64,000 bases of DNA, from the NCBI RefSeq assembly GCF_036365525.1, contig NC_090385.1, positions 48,885,130 to 48,949,129 on the forward strand. The letters run 5' to 3'. Positions 63,350 through 64,000 of this stretch are shown one piece after another. The notes below the pieces were generated by a model. That model worked only from the letters and a program-made list of their open reading frames with translations, did not search any database and was not told the DNA's origin. Position 1 is the stretch's first letter. Each line of letters opens with the position of its first letter. The position numbers and the translations under genes were made by a program. The DNA comes from Heterodontus francisci. Lineage: Eukaryota.

Positions 63350-63795
63350 AATGAAAGACTTGCATTTAAATTGCACCTTTCACAACCTTGGGACATCCCA
63401 AAGTACTTTACAGGCAATGAAGTACTTTTTTGAAGTGTAGTCATTGTTGTTATGTAGAAAACATAGCAGCCTATTTGTGTACAGCAAGGTCCCACAAACA
63501 GCAATGTGATGATGACCAGGTAATCTGTTTTAGTGATGTTGGTTGAGGGATAAACATTGACCAGGACACTGGGGAGAACTTCCCTGCTCTTTTTCAAAAT
63601 AGTGCCATCAGATTTTTTACATCGATCTGAGAGGGCCTCAGTTTAACATCTCATCTGAAAGACAGCAGAACTCTGACAGTGCAGCACTCCCTCAGTACTG
63701 CATTGGAATGCCAGCTCAGATTTTGTGCTCAAGTCTCTGGAGTGGGGCTTAAACCCACAATTTACAAGTTCAGAGGCAAGTGTGCTACCAGCTGA
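63350..63795 (-). mobile_element. Deu-domain SINE (SacSINE1-like), near full length
   Basis: Reverse complement of the 40985-41420 family (catctcatctgaaagacagca...gcagcactccctcagtactgca). Confidence 0.85.
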
Positions 63796-64000
63796 ACAAC
63801 AGTTGACGTTTTACTGCAGCATGAATCATTATCTTCTGGAGAGGTGGGGAGACAACAAAGAAGCAGGCAAAATGCCATGAGCTTACCAGAATTTTTCCAC
63901 AACCATAATGGCACCTAGCCAGGTTCTTAAGACAACAAACGATTACTACTACATTACTATGACAAAGCCTAGGACCATTAAATCAAATTGGCTGACAAAG

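Noticed and set aside
57702-64000. Further upstream FRMPD3 (FERM-domain) exons
   Set aside because: I could not find a FERM-like translation with splice sites; these exons probably lie beyond the window, though a short exon could have been missed.

Overview
Eukaryotic vertebrate DNA, most likely a cartilaginous fish (shark), judged from its repeats: HE1-like V-SINEs, SacSINE1-like Deu-domain SINEs and abundant CR1 LINEs. Two host genes lie on the minus strand. PRPS1 coding exon 1 is at 1361-1482 with a CpG-rich promoter. The last two coding exons of FRMPD3 are at 56742-57701 and 37309-40268. This is the FRMPD3->PRPS1 order known from human Xq22. Most of the remainder is decayed, often nested transposable elements: five long CR1 copies, L2 and RTE tails, and Penelope-like (GIY-YIG) elements whose termini carry hammerhead-ribozyme-like motifs. 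There is also a Gmr1-type Gypsy LTR element (SCAN-like gag, no RT) with a related solo LTR, PIF/Harbinger transposase and Myb-gene relics, and MITEs. Almost all short ORFs in the supplied track are TE fragments or noise. I found no convincing wholly new biological system. The best leads are the hammerhead motifs, a 3-codon PRPS1 uORF, the RT-less Gmr1 element whose empty site survives in a local duplication, a Myb-only Harbinger element, and a possible alternative FRMPD3 terminal exon. All family and gene assignments are from recall, not database searches; TE boundaries without TSDs are approximate.
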